From an uncultured candidate division Zixibacteria bacterium (GTDB taxonomy: Bacteria; Zixibacteria; MSB-5A5; GN15; FEB-12), in contig CAWDXE010000008.1 in the NCBI GenBank assembly GCA_963806185.1, positions 57,639-121,638 on the forward strand: DNA of 64,000 nucleotides, read 5' to 3'. The position numbers were made by a program, and so were the translations under genes. Below, piece after piece: positions 43,029-53,244 of the stretch. The first letter of the stretch is position 1; each line of letters begins with the position of its first letter. The notes beneath the pieces are model-generated. The model searched no databases. It was given only the letters and a program-made list of their open reading frames with translations, and was not told the origin of the DNA.

Positions 43029-43177
43029 ACGAATAGTATTCGGCTAAGCTAAAACATAACAACAATTTAGCCGATATAAACGTATGAAAAGTGCTTGGCC
43101 GAATTGAACTCGTGTTGTATATTGTTCGGCGAGTAGAGAAATTGACCGATGAATATTCTTAAACCGGAGGTAGAAAT

Positions 43178-44461
43178 ATGTCGGACGTAAGAACTGCCAG
43201 CCGCACTGCCTTTGGCTTTTCGCAAGTTCCTGATTCGCAAATCTATGATTTCGAATCCACGTTTGGAGCACACCACTACGGCCGCCTCAAAATGGTCGTC
43301 CGTAAAGCGGAAGGCGCGTGGCTTACCAATCAAGAGGAACATAAGTTCCTGGACTGTCTCGCTGCCTACTCGGCTGCCAACCCTGGCCACCATCACCCCG
43401 CCGTCGTCAAGGCGATGGTCGAGGCTCTGCAGGGTGGCTACGGTTCGGTCATCTCCAACGTCGTCTACACCGACTCCCTGGGCATTTTTCTTAAAAAACT
43501 CGCCACGCTCGTGCCGCAACTGGGTCCCCGCTTTGGCGCCAACGGCAACAAAGTCCTGCCGAAAAACGGCGGCGTCGAGTCGGTCGAAACCGCTCTCAAG
43601 TGCATGCGCTATTTCGGCTACAAGCACAAAGGGGTGCCGGACGGTAAACAAGAAATCATCGTTTTTGACAATAATTTCCACGGCCGCATGATTGCCGTCA
43701 TCTCTTTCTCCACCACGCCGAAATATTACACCGGCTACGGGCCAACTCTGCAGGGCTTCAAGTCGGCTCCTTTCGGCAGCCTTGACGCCGTCGAGAAACT
43801 GATTAACAAGAATACCGTCGGCATTCTCGTCGAGCCTTCCCAGGGCGAGGGTGGCATGTACATCCCGCCACAGGGCTTCCTGAAAGGACTGCGCGAGCTG
43901 TCCGACAAGCACGACCTCATGCTCGTCTTCGACGAGATCCAGGTCGGGCTCGGCCGCACCGGCAAGATGTTCTGCTTCGAGCACGAAAACGTCGTTCCCG
44001 ACGGCATCATCCTGGGTAAAGCCCTGGCCGGCGGTCTCGTCCCGCTCTCCTGTTTCCTCACCAACAGCAAAATTATGGATATGTGCTTCCAGCCGGGACA
44101 GGACGGCTCAACTTTCGGCGGCTATCCGCTCGCCTGTGTGGCCGGTAATGCGGCGCTTGATGTCATCGTCGGCGAGGATCTCCCGCAGCGCTCCGCGCAG
44201 ATGGGCAAGATTCTCAAAGACAAAATCGTGGCTATCGCCGCTCGTTCGTCGCACGTGAAGGAAGTGCGCGGACGGGGCTTGTTCATCGGCATCGAAGTCA
44301 AGAACGGCGACGCCATGGTGTATTGCCGCAAACTTCTCGACTTGGGCGTCCTGGCCAACGATAGTCACGGTCATACGATTCGCATTTCGCCGCCGCTGAT
44401 TATCAACAACAGCGACATCGACTATCTCGTCGAACGACTCGAGAAGGTCCTCGTCGACTAA
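43178..44461 (+). CDS. rocD: Class-III PLP aminotransferase, ornithine aminotransferase type
   Basis: LDCLAAYSAANPGHHHP, NFHGR, EPSQGEGG, FDEIQVGLGRTG, LGKALAGG, GSTFGG. Confidence 0.88.
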   Translation: MSDVRTASRTAFGFSQVPDSQIYDFESTFGAHHYGRLKMVVRKAEGAWLTNQEEHKFLDCLAAYSAANPGHHHPAVVKAMVEALQGGYGSVISNVVYTDSLGIFLKKLATLVPQLGPRFGANGNKVLPKNGGVESVETALKCMRYFGYKHKGVPDGKQEIIVFDNNFHGRMIAVISFSTTPKYYTGYGPTLQGFKSAPFGSLDAVEKLINKNTVGILVEPSQGEGGMYIPPQGFLKGLRELSDKHDLMLVFDEIQVGLGRTGKMFCFEHENVVPDGIILGKALAGGLVPLSCFLTNSKIMDMCFQPGQDGSTFGGYPLACVAGNAALDVIVGEDLPQRSAQMGKILKDKIVAIAARSSHVKEVRGRGLFIGIEVKNGDAMVYCRKLLDLGVLANDSHGHTIRISPPLIINNSDIDYLVERLEKVLVD

Positions 44462-44471
44462 TCGATATCAC

Positions 44472-44775
44472 GTAGGTCGGGTTCCGACGCGAGCCTCGCT
44501 CGCGGAGAAACCCGACAGTAGGCAAAGTAGGTCAGGCTCCCCGCGAGCCTCACAGAAGGAAAACAAATCTGTGCGGTCAGGCCCCGTACCTGACCGCACT
44601 TTGCATTTGAAACCTGTGGCTGGCGTACGTCTCGTGCGCCAGCCGACCCAAAACATGCTTCTGGCATTGTCATTCCGGACCACCGGTCCGGAATCCTTGG
44701 GGTGCGCATTCCATTACTGCTCGACATCTAAGTTACGCAATACCTCTCTGTGCCCCTCTCCCTTCGGGAGAGGGC
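44472..44775 (+). repeat. REP-like mosaic
   Basis: gtaggtcgggtt..aacccgac, gtaggtcaggctc..gagcct, gtggctggcgtacgtctcgtgcgccagcc (44616), gtcattccggacc..ggtccggaatcc (44669), ccctctcccttcgggagagggc. Confidence 0.8.
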
Positions 44776-46154
44776 TGCGGCGGGTACAAACCGGATAACA
44801 TGGTTTACAGATTAGACCGGGAACATGGTCTAGCACTCAGTTTGTCGGCAAGGAGGAATTGCCGATGGCTTGGAAGGAGACTAGTGTGGTGGAAGAACGC
44901 GTACCGGATTTATCAGCGGATCGGCTGCGAGCGGGCGGTACACCAAGATCGGTTCGTTGGGTCGCAGGACTATGCGATCAGATCGACCGACGGGGGACAA
45001 GTGGATTTGGCGCACGTGTGACGATGCCATGGTCCGTGGGGTACTGGTGGATCAGTCGCGACGACCGCATGGGCATCCGGCCACGATAGCAGAGCGACAG
45101 CGTGCGATGACAGTCGGCCTTAACGCTCGGCGAACGCACCTGGACTGGGGTCCGAAGACAGGTGGTGGACTGTGCTACGAGGCGACATCGTTCGTCCGGA
45201 GCGCTGTACGCCGCTGTACAGCACGAGTCGATGAGATCGTTCTGGGTCGTCGAAGCGGTTGGTCCAGGCGCGACGTCGCCGACGCCGGGTGGCGGCCGAA
45301 TACCGCCACGTTGGACGGTCGGTGCGCCACAGGCCAACGCGCAGTGGAGTCCGCCGACTATCAAGGCGGGATTTCGCCTTGCGGTAATGGTCGGCGGTGT
45401 TACACGCTGACGACCCAGTGACAACTACAGTCGCTTTGTGCTGGCCTGTCGAGGGATGGCCAGCGCCGCAGTATCGCCTGGTGCGGCCGTGGTTGTGAAT
45501 GGGTGTTTCGTGAGTACGGACCTGCCGCAGGCGATCCGGACGGATAACGGCGGACCGTTTGCTTCGCTGGCTCTGGGTGGCGTGACCCAGCTGTCCAAGT
45601 GGTGGATTCGGCTGGGCATTCGGCCCGAGCGGATCAACCGGGAAAACCGAATCAGAACGGCGCGCCATGAACGGATGCATCGCTCGTTGCGAAAGTGGCG
45701 TACATCCCATCCAAACGACGATGGCGGCTCAGCAGCGACAGTTTGACCGCTGGGTCGAGGACTGTCAACTGGGAGCGTTCGCACGACAGCGTTGGGACGA
45801 CAGACGCCGGGGAGCCAGTATGAGGCATCACCCCGTCACGTGTCGCCTGACCAGCTGCCGGACATTCCGTATGCGGCTGCGGACGTCATCGTACGGCAGG
45901 TGCGTCAGAACGGCGAGATCAAATGGCGCGGTCGGTTGATCTACATTTCGGATAGCTGCGACCCAGCGAACCGATCTCGGGTTCCGACAAATCGCAGCCG
46001 ACCGCTGGGAGATCCGGTACAGCGTTTCACCTGCTGGGCTATTTGAATGAGCGGCAAGCTTCCTACCATGCCGAGCGACCTGAGAGCTAGGCATGGACAA
46101 CAAGAAAAAGTGTAAACCATGTATCCGGTTTACCGTGTACACCATCTCCGTTCA
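44776..46154 (+). mobile_element. IS481-family insertion sequence (degenerate or error-ridden), 10-bp flanking duplication
   Basis: TG...CA ends; subterminal inverted repeats aaccggataacatggtttaca (~44789-44809) and tgtaaaccatgtatccggtt (46111-46130); GGGAGAGGGC at 44766-44775 and 46155-46164. Confidence 0.85.
44865..46115 (+). pseudogene. IS481-family DDE transposase, heavily frameshifted
   Basis: RBS AGGAGG; MAWKETSVVEER; PQAIRTDNGGPFAS, LSKWWIRLGIRPERI, RHERMHRSL, VRQVRQNGEIKWRG in different frames. Confidence 0.85.
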
Positions 46155-46903
46155 GGGAGAGGGCTGGAGTGAGGGCCTGTAGGAGCTGAGAGTCCTTCAT
46201 GTCAGGCTTCTTGATCAATTGGACAAAGAAGCCTGACCAAGCCCTTTCAGTCAGTCCTCTTCAATCGTCATCTAAACAATCGTCTTCACTTAAAACGAAC
46301 GACGTCGCGCAGCGTCACCCTGAGCGCAAGTCGAAGGGTGAGTCTTGCCTCGTAGGTCAGATCCCCGCTTCTTAGCGGGTGATACTGACGTTCTGTTCTT
46401 CGCGACTCGCGCAATCGTCGGGCTGAGCATCGAGGCATGATTCGTATGCGAATCCCCCCTGGCTAGCCGCTTTCGCGGGTATGACAGGCGCGAAGCATAC
46501 TATGACATTGTTGAAACGAAGTGGGGCGGCAAGGCAGAGGTCAGGCTCCTCTGTCAATTTGACAAAGAAGCCTGACCAAGCCCTTTCAGTCAGTCCTCTT
46601 CAATGGTCATCTAAACAATCGTCTTCACTTAAAACGAACAACGTCGCGCAGCGTCACCCTGAGCGCAAATCGAAGGGTGAGTCTTGCCTCGTAGGTCAGA
46701 TCCCCGCTTCTTAGCGGGTGATACTGACGTTCTACTACTCCGTTTGCGTCACCTCCCGCGCCTCGTCTTCGCGGCGCGTGACCTGACGCGACACCAAACC
46801 ACATGTCTACAAGCCTCACCGTCAGGGGCACAAGGCCCCGGACCTACTGAAAGTTCACTCCCCTCTTCCCCCTTCTCCCTCCGTGGGAGGGCCGGAGTCA
46901 GAG
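46155..46903 (+). repeat. REP-like mosaic with a ~190-bp direct repeat
   Basis: Near-identical copies at about 46201-46393 and 46540-46733 (gtcaggct..agcctgac; gtcaccctgagcgcaa(g/a)tcgaaggg; gtaggtcagatccccgcttcttagcgggtgatactgacg). Confidence 0.85.
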
Positions 46904-46998
46904 CCGGCAAGACGTGGAGAAAACATATCTTCTCCCTTGCTTGACGACCTCTCCATTCTCCCCTTGTCCCTTCCCGCGATCAATCCTATCTTCTCGCC

Positions 46999-47772
46999 AT
47001 GCTAGCCCAATTGGCCGAATTGCTTGGCCGCACCAACCATGTCGTCGCCCTGACCGGCGCCGGCATTTCAGCCGAATCGGGCGTCCCCACGTTTCGAGGC
47101 AAAGAGGGGCTGTGGGGAAAATTCAAACCCGAAGATCTCGCCACCATGACTGCCTTCCTCGCCAACCCGAAACTGGTTTGGGAATGGTACAACTGGCGAC
47201 GCGAATTGATCGCCGAGGTCAAGCCCAATCCCGGCCACTTCGCCCTGCATGAGTTCGAGCAGATTCTTCCCGATTTCACCCTCATCACGCAGAATGTCGA
47301 CAACCTCCATCAACTCGCCGGCTCGACGTCCGTGCTCGAATTGCACGGCAATATCTACCGCAATAAGTGCGCGGACTGCAACGCACCGTTCAATCCCGAT
47401 GTCGATATCGACCCAAAGCAAATCCCTGCCTGCCCCGCTTGCGGGGGGAGGATTCGCCCCGATGTCGTCTGGTTCGGCGAAATGCTCGATGATAGCATCA
47501 CCGACGAGGCTTTTTGGCGGGCCGAACAGTCGGAGGTCTTCCTCTCCATCGGCACCTCGGCCCTGGTGCACCCGGCCGCCTCACTTCCATTAGTTGCCAA
47601 ACGAAACGGCGCAGCGTTAATTGAGGTAAACCCGGACGAAACTCCGCTTACCGGTATTGCTGATTTCCATGTTTCCGAGTTGTCCGGGCAGGCTTTGCCC
47701 AAATTGGTGCATCTAATGAGACGACGTATGATGCCGCCCCGGACTGAACCGGACCGCGAGGATCGAGTATAA
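46999..47772 (+). CDS. cobB: NAD-dependent protein deacylase (sirtuin)
   Basis: LTGAGISAESGVPTFRG, ITQNVDNLH, LHGN, two CxxC, RPDVVWFGE, IGTS. Confidence 0.96.
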   Translation: MLAQLAELLGRTNHVVALTGAGISAESGVPTFRGKEGLWGKFKPEDLATMTAFLANPKLVWEWYNWRRELIAEVKPNPGHFALHEFEQILPDFTLITQNVDNLHQLAGSTSVLELHGNIYRNKCADCNAPFNPDVDIDPKQIPACPACGGRIRPDVVWFGEMLDDSITDEAFWRAEQSEVFLSIGTSALVHPAASLPLVAKRNGAALIEVNPDETPLTGIADFHVSELSGQALPKLVHLMRRRMMPPRTEPDREDRV

Positions 47773-47791
47773 GATTGGACACGGGAATCAC

Positions 47792-49930
47792 ATGCGCATG
47801 AATCGTCTTCACTTGCCCCGCCTGCTGCTGCTCGCCATTGTTTTGACAATCGTCGGACTCTCCTCCGGCTGCGGCGTCTATTTCAATACCTTCTTCAACG
47901 CCAAGAAAGCCTTTAACTCCGCCGAGAAGGCCCGGCAGAAAACCGGCAAGGGAAGTCAGGTCGATTACAAAACCGCAATCGACAAATGCCTGAAAATTAT
48001 CGAGAACAACCCGAATTCGAAATACTACGACGATGCACTGTATATTCTGGCCGTCTCCTACTACCACACCGGCCAGTACTCTAAATCGGAACGCCGCTTC
48101 CGCGAAATCCTGGCCAACTTCCCGGATTCCAAATTCTCCCGCGAATCCAATATGTATCTTGCCAAGTCCCGCCTCGAACTCGGCGAAATCACCGAAGCCA
48201 TGGCCCAGTTTGAGGAGATTTTCGCTTCCGACTACAAACGCCTGGAGAAAGCGGAGGCCGCCCTTGCCCTGGGCGACTACTATACCATCCAGAAAAAATA
48301 CGATGAGGCTCTCAACTACTACCTGGCCATCCGTGATTCCCTCGGCGATGAACCCGAACGCAAAATAGCACAGATCAAGATCGCCGATAACCACTTCGAA
48401 GCGTTCCGTTTCAGCGACGCTCTCAGCGCCTATCTGCAGACCCTCGGCATGAAACCCACCAAGGCCGAAGAATACCATGCCACGTATAACGCCGCGATTT
48501 GCTCCTATCGCCTCCAGCGCATCGACGAGGGAATCGAGTATCTCACCAAACTCTCCAAAGACCCCCTCCTCTTTGACTCGCTCGAGACATTGCAAATGAC
48601 CATCGCTGAAGGTCAGGAACTGCAGGACGAACTGGCCTTCGCCGAGGCTACCTACACCAAGATCGCCTCGTCGACCAAAAATAGGCTCCGTGAAGCTCAG
48701 GCCTGGTATCGACTCGGCCTGATCGCCCAGTACAATTACGATGATCTCGGTACGGCTCGTACGTACTATGACAAGGCGACCAAGGCGTCCCCCTCCAGCG
48801 ACGAGGGCAAGGACGCACTGCAACGATCCTCCGACATCACCAAAGTCGGCCAGTTCAGCGCCCAGATCAAGACCGACTCCACCGTCTCAAGCCAGGAGAC
48901 CATCGACAAGATCGCCAACACTCAGATCAGCCTCGCTGAGCTATACTGGTATCAGCTCAACAAGCACGATTCAGCCATGTACGAACTGCGGTATCTCATC
49001 GATTCGTTCCCGACCGCCCGCAACGCCCCGCGCGCCATGATGGCTCTCGCCGGTATGATTCGGGAGGAAAATAGCGACACTGCCGGAGCCGATTCCATAC
49101 TCAAGGAAATCATCGTCAAGTACCCTAAGTCCGACTATCTTGCAGAGGTGATCGATGAACTCGGTTTGAGCGGAACCGCTGCCGATACCGGCTACGCCTA
49201 CGCCGACTATCGCAAGGCCGAAGATTTCTTAATCGACAGCGCCGACCTCGATTCCGCTCGCTACTACTACCAGCGCGTCACCGACAACTATCCGGACTCC
49301 AGGTACAACCTGCAGGCCCGCTTCAATCTCATCTGGATTACCGATCAATACGCCAGCCCGGGTGATTCGTCACTGGTCTACGCCTACCGTGACTTCCTTG
49401 ATTCTTTCCCCTCGTCTCCGCTGGCAGCCGAGGCCCGCAGTCGTCTCGGCTCGGGCGGTACTCTCGCCTCCGCCACACCGGGCGACACCACCGACACCAC
49501 CCAGCTCGCTCAGGCGCCTGATTCGACCGGCGCCCTCGAGGGACTTCCGTCTGTGGCCTTCGGCAGCGACACCAGCAACACCTACCGTGATCCGCTGGAG
49601 GACGTCTATATCGGCCCGGAAGGTGATAGCATCGCCATCATCCCGGAAGATGCCGGCCCGACCCAGACTGACGAGCCATTCATTTTTCCACAAGAGGCAA
49701 TCAGCCTTCCTGATCTCGAATTTCTCCTCTACTTCCAGGTGAAGCTTGATTTTTCCGGCAAAGTTGAACAATATATCCTCAAGGTTCGCACAACCAGTGA
49801 GGAGATCAACATCAACGCCAGCAAAACCGTCGCCTCGATGACCTTCAACATGCTGAAGATCAGACCCGAATACTACGGCAAATGGATGGTCTACAAATAC
49901 CTCATCAAGAAACCGGATTATCTCAGATGA
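47792..49930 (+). CDS. TPR-repeat lipoprotein (SprE/PorW-like N-terminus) with possible TonB-C-like C-terminus
   Basis: Lipobox SSGC, YFNTFFNAKKAF, many TPR-like repeats, Thr/Asp-rich linker, C-terminal FQVKLDFSGKV...ASKTVASMTF. Confidence 0.7.
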   Translation: MRMNRLHLPRLLLLAIVLTIVGLSSGCGVYFNTFFNAKKAFNSAEKARQKTGKGSQVDYKTAIDKCLKIIENNPNSKYYDDALYILAVSYYHTGQYSKSERRFREILANFPDSKFSRESNMYLAKSRLELGEITEAMAQFEEIFASDYKRLEKAEAALALGDYYTIQKKYDEALNYYLAIRDSLGDEPERKIAQIKIADNHFEAFRFSDALSAYLQTLGMKPTKAEEYHATYNAAICSYRLQRIDEGIEYLTKLSKDPLLFDSLETLQMTIAEGQELQDELAFAEATYTKIASSTKNRLREAQAWYRLGLIAQYNYDDLGTARTYYDKATKASPSSDEGKDALQRSSDITKVGQFSAQIKTDSTVSSQETIDKIANTQISLAELYWYQLNKHDSAMYELRYLIDSFPTARNAPRAMMALAGMIREENSDTAGADSILKEIIVKYPKSDYLAEVIDELGLSGTAADTGYAYADYRKAEDFLIDSADLDSARYYYQRVTDNYPDSRYNLQARFNLIWITDQYASPGDSSLVYAYRDFLDSFPSSPLAAEARSRLGSGGTLASATPGDTTDTTQLAQAPDSTGALEGLPSVAFGSDTSNTYRDPLEDVYIGPEGDSIAIIPEDAGPTQTDEPFIFPQEAISLPDLEFLLYFQVKLDFSGKVEQYILKVRTTSEEININASKTVASMTFNMLKIRPEYYGKWMVYKYLIKKPDYLR

Positions 49931-50724
49931 CACCTCGCCCGAATACCGAAGACACCCTCGTCAAAAAAAGTCGCAATCTCAAGGGCGGGTATTTCGCCCT
50001 CACCCTCGGCCCGTACACCCGCGCCAAAGACTGCAAACCCGGAAGTTTCGTCCACGTCCAACTGGTCGCCACCGAGGTCTACTTCCGTCGCGCCATGAGC
50101 GTCGCCGCCATCGACCCCGCTCACAGTGAAATCGAAATCATCTTCAAGATCTTCGGCCGCGGCACCAAACTGCTCTCCACCTTCGCCCCCGGCGCCCGCG
50201 TCAACCTTCTCGGCCCGCTGGGAGTCCCGTTCGCTCTCCCCAAAAAAGGTGAAGAGATCATTATGGTCGCCGGCGGCGTCGGCTTCCCCCCCTTGATGTA
50301 CCTCGCATCGCACCTCGCGAAATCCGGCTTTGATCCGAAAAGAATACACTTCTTCTACGGCGGCCGCACCCAGAGCGATATCATCGAGCGCCCTCGGCTC
50401 AAAAAGATCGGCCTCACCTTTCACCCGGTTACCGAGGATGGTTCCGTCGGCGACAAAGGTCTCGTCACTCAGCCGGTCGAAAAATTCCTCCGACTCCATG
50501 CCGGCAGCAAACTACGCCTGTACGGCTGTGGTCCGGAAAAGATGCTGAAAGCCACCGACGATCTCGGCGTGAAATACAATATCCCCGGTCAGGTCTCGCT
50601 CGAGGCACCCATGCCGTGCGGCATCGGCGTCTGTCTTGGCTGTGTTGTCAATCTCCGCAAAGGCGGTCACGCCCGCGTCTGTATGGACGGCCCCGTCTTT
50701 AACATCGGCGAGGTGCTGCTGTGA
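49927..50724 (+). CDS. pyrK: Dihydroorotate dehydrogenase B electron-transfer subunit
   Basis: RRAMS, LLGPLG, AGGVGFPP, YGCGP, MPCGIGVCLGC...RVCMDGPVF. Confidence 0.93.
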   Translation: MTPRPNTEDTLVKKSRNLKGGYFALTLGPYTRAKDCKPGSFVHVQLVATEVYFRRAMSVAAIDPAHSEIEIIFKIFGRGTKLLSTFAPGARVNLLGPLGVPFALPKKGEEIIMVAGGVGFPPLMYLASHLAKSGFDPKRIHFFYGGRTQSDIIERPRLKKIGLTFHPVTEDGSVGDKGLVTQPVEKFLRLHAGSKLRLYGCGPEKMLKATDDLGVKYNIPGQVSLEAPMPCGIGVCLGCVVNLRKGGHARVCMDGPVFNIGEVLL

Positions 50725-51638
50725 CTCCCGACCTTCGCGTAACCATCGCCGGCGTCGAATTCGCCAACCCGATCATGACCGCCTCCGGCTGTTGCGGCTA
50801 CGGTGAGGAACTCGCGCTCATGTATCCCCTCAGCAAACTCGGCGCGCTGGTCACTAAGTCGATTACCTACAAACCTCGCCTCGGCCATCCGCTTCCGCGT
50901 ACCGCCGAGACCGCTTCCGGCATGCTCAATGCGATCGGCCTGGCCAACGTTGGCGTCGATGCCTTTATCACCGATAAGATTCCTTTCCTCGAAAAACAGA
51001 ACACGAAGATCATCGTCAACGTCGCCGGCGCCAAGGTGCAGGAGTATGTCGACATCTCCGCTCGCCTCAACGATCTCCCGCGCGTCGATATGATCGAACT
51101 GAATATCTCCTGCCCCAACGTCGATGAAGGCGGCATGGAAATCGGCGTCTCGCCGCAATTGACCGAGAAGACAATCGCCGAGGTTCGCAAGGTTTTCAAA
51201 CGCCCCATCGTCGCCAAACTGGCCCCCAACGTCACCGATATCACTGTCATCGCGCGAGCGGCTGAAAGCGGGGGCGCCGACGCGCTGTCGGTCATCAACT
51301 CACTGGTCGGCACGTCCATTGACATCGATACCTGGCGCCCCCGGCTCACCAACAACAAGGGCGGACTCACCGGCCCCGCTATCAAGCCGATCGCTCTCGC
51401 CATGGTCGATGCTGTTCACCAGAAATGCAAACTCCCGATCATCGGCATCGGCGGCATCGCCAATTATCGCGACGTCATCGAATTTCTCCTGGTCGGCGCC
51501 ACCGCCGTTCAGGTCGGTACGCAGTTGTTTGTCGAACCGGATGCACCGCTCAAGATCACCCGCGGACTCAGCGATTATCTAAAATCCAGGAAAATCGCCT
51601 CCGTCACTGAACTCGTCGGAAAAGTAAGGAAATACTAA
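50721..51638 (+). CDS. pyrD: Dihydroorotate dehydrogenase (family 1B) catalytic subunit
   Basis: NPIMTASGC, GMLNAIGLAN, ELNISCPNV, KLAPNVTDI, GGLTGPAIKP. Confidence 0.96.
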   Translation: MTPDLRVTIAGVEFANPIMTASGCCGYGEELALMYPLSKLGALVTKSITYKPRLGHPLPRTAETASGMLNAIGLANVGVDAFITDKIPFLEKQNTKIIVNVAGAKVQEYVDISARLNDLPRVDMIELNISCPNVDEGGMEIGVSPQLTEKTIAEVRKVFKRPIVAKLAPNVTDITVIARAAESGGADALSVINSLVGTSIDIDTWRPRLTNNKGGLTGPAIKPIALAMVDAVHQKCKLPIIGIGGIANYRDVIEFLLVGATAVQVGTQLFVEPDAPLKITRGLSDYLKSRKIASVTELVGKVRKY

Positions 51639-52612
51639 TGAAGGCGGTCAAAGACCTCATCAAGATTCAACAGCAGAACAAGTCAATGATCTGCCTCGGC
51701 ATCGATCTCGATCCCAAAAAACTCCCGCAGGGATACGGCGAATCGTTCAAAGGAATGTTCGAATTCGCCCATCGTATTATCGATGCCACCGTCGATCAGG
51801 TCTGCGCCTACAAACCGAATATGGCCTTCTTCGAGGCGATGGGCCCCGAGGGATACTCGTTGCTCCGCCTCATCGTCGAACGCATCCCCCCGGACGTTCC
51901 GGTCATTCTCGACGGCAAGCGCGGCGACATCTCGAACACCGCTCAGCACTACGCTCAGGCCCTCTACGAAAAGTACGGCGCGACATGGGTGACCATCAAT
52001 CCGTACATGGGCTACGATTCCATGCGCCCCTTCCTTGAATACAAGGACAAGGGTGTGTTTGTCCTCTGCCTGACTTCCAATCCCGGCTCGAAGGATTTTC
52101 AGATGCTCAATGTCGACGGCAAGCCGCTCTATCAGGTGGTCGCCGAAAAAATGAACTACTGGAACAAAGAGCAGAACTGCGGCCTGGTCGTTGGCGCCAC
52201 GCATCCCGATCAATTGATTACCGTCCGTCAGGCGGCGGGTGACATGCCGCTGTTGATCCCCGGCGTCGGCGCACAAGGCGGCTCGCTCGAGGAATCAGCC
52301 CTTAACGGTACGGATCATTTCCGCAAACCGGCCGTGATCAACGTCTCTCGTTCCGTGTTGTATGCGTCGACGGACAAAGATTTCGCCGCTCGTTCCCGTG
52401 CGGAATTGCAGCGATTGAATCGAATTGTTGAAGTGCTTCGTAACGGTCAGTCAGCCGGCACGACCGACCAATCCCAGGCTCAGCCGGCAGTCGCTGCTCC
52501 GGCCACTACTTCAATTCCGCCGGTGGTGGTTACTGCTCCCGAGACAACTCCGCCCCCGCCCGAACCTTCTGAACCATCCACCACTCCGCCCCCACCCAAT
52601 ACGCCTTCGTAA
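51638..52612 (+). CDS. pyrF: Orotidine-5'-phosphate decarboxylase (type 2) with Pro/Thr-rich tail
   Basis: CLGIDLD, YKPNMAFFE, LDGKRGDISNT, LTSNPG, GLVVGAT, LIPGVGAQGG. Confidence 0.95.
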   Translation: MKAVKDLIKIQQQNKSMICLGIDLDPKKLPQGYGESFKGMFEFAHRIIDATVDQVCAYKPNMAFFEAMGPEGYSLLRLIVERIPPDVPVILDGKRGDISNTAQHYAQALYEKYGATWVTINPYMGYDSMRPFLEYKDKGVFVLCLTSNPGSKDFQMLNVDGKPLYQVVAEKMNYWNKEQNCGLVVGATHPDQLITVRQAAGDMPLLIPGVGAQGGSLEESALNGTDHFRKPAVINVSRSVLYASTDKDFAARSRAELQRLNRIVEVLRNGQSAGTTDQSQAQPAVAAPATTSIPPVVVTAPETTPPPPEPSEPSTTPPPPNTPS

Positions 52613-52613
52613 A

Positions 52614-53010
52614 TTGTCATCCTGAATCATTCCCCCCCACCTTGTCATCCTGGATCATTCCCCCCCACCTTGTCATCCTGGATCATTCTTATGATTCAGG
52701 ATCTCGTTGTCCACCCAACTTGCCTACGCAGTCATCGCGAGGCGCGCTTCCCCCGCAAATCGTCATCCTGAACCTTTTCCCAAAGGTTCAGAATCTCAGC
52801 GTCTGCTCGACGACCAATCGTGGCAATCTCGCATTTCTCCTTTGCGATCATTCCCATGATCGCCGCCTCGAGCGCAGACGAGAGGCGACCTCCTCACGCC
52901 GTTCCGTCAGATCCCGCGCCGAGTCCGTGAGGCGTGCGACCCGACGGAATCCCCACGTCCCCCAGCATTTATGCCGGGGTCTCTATGACTGGCGTATCTC
53001 TCGAGCGCCG
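52614..53010 (+). repeat. 28-bp tandem repeat and REP-like mosaic
   Basis: ttgtcatcctg(a/g)atcattc at 52614, 52642 and 52670 (third copy completes a hairpin); further gtcatcctgaacc..ggttcagaatc and cgtcagatcc..gacccgacg units. Confidence 0.75.
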
Positions 53011-53244
53011 GCCTCACCCTTCGGAGTAGCAAACGGGCATTGAATCCCTGCCAGGGAACCAGCTTACGTTGGTATGACCATTGTGGCCAACATAGTTGCA
53101 GTGCATTGGGGCACCCCTTTGATTTCGCTCAGGATGAACTTCGTCAGCCCCCAATCCATTGTCGTTTGTCATAAATGCAAAGAGCAGAACCCGATCATCT
53201 GTGATCAGGATTCCGCCCTTGAAAATGAGTAAGTGAACTTCAAC

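Noticed and set aside
46999..47772. Sirtuin as an anti-phage SIR2 defence effector
   Set aside because: Canonical standalone CobB with Zn-binding CxxC pairs in a housekeeping context, with no defence partner genes.
52614..52700. Possible mini-CRISPR
   Set aside because: Head-to-tail 28-bp duplication with no unique spacers.
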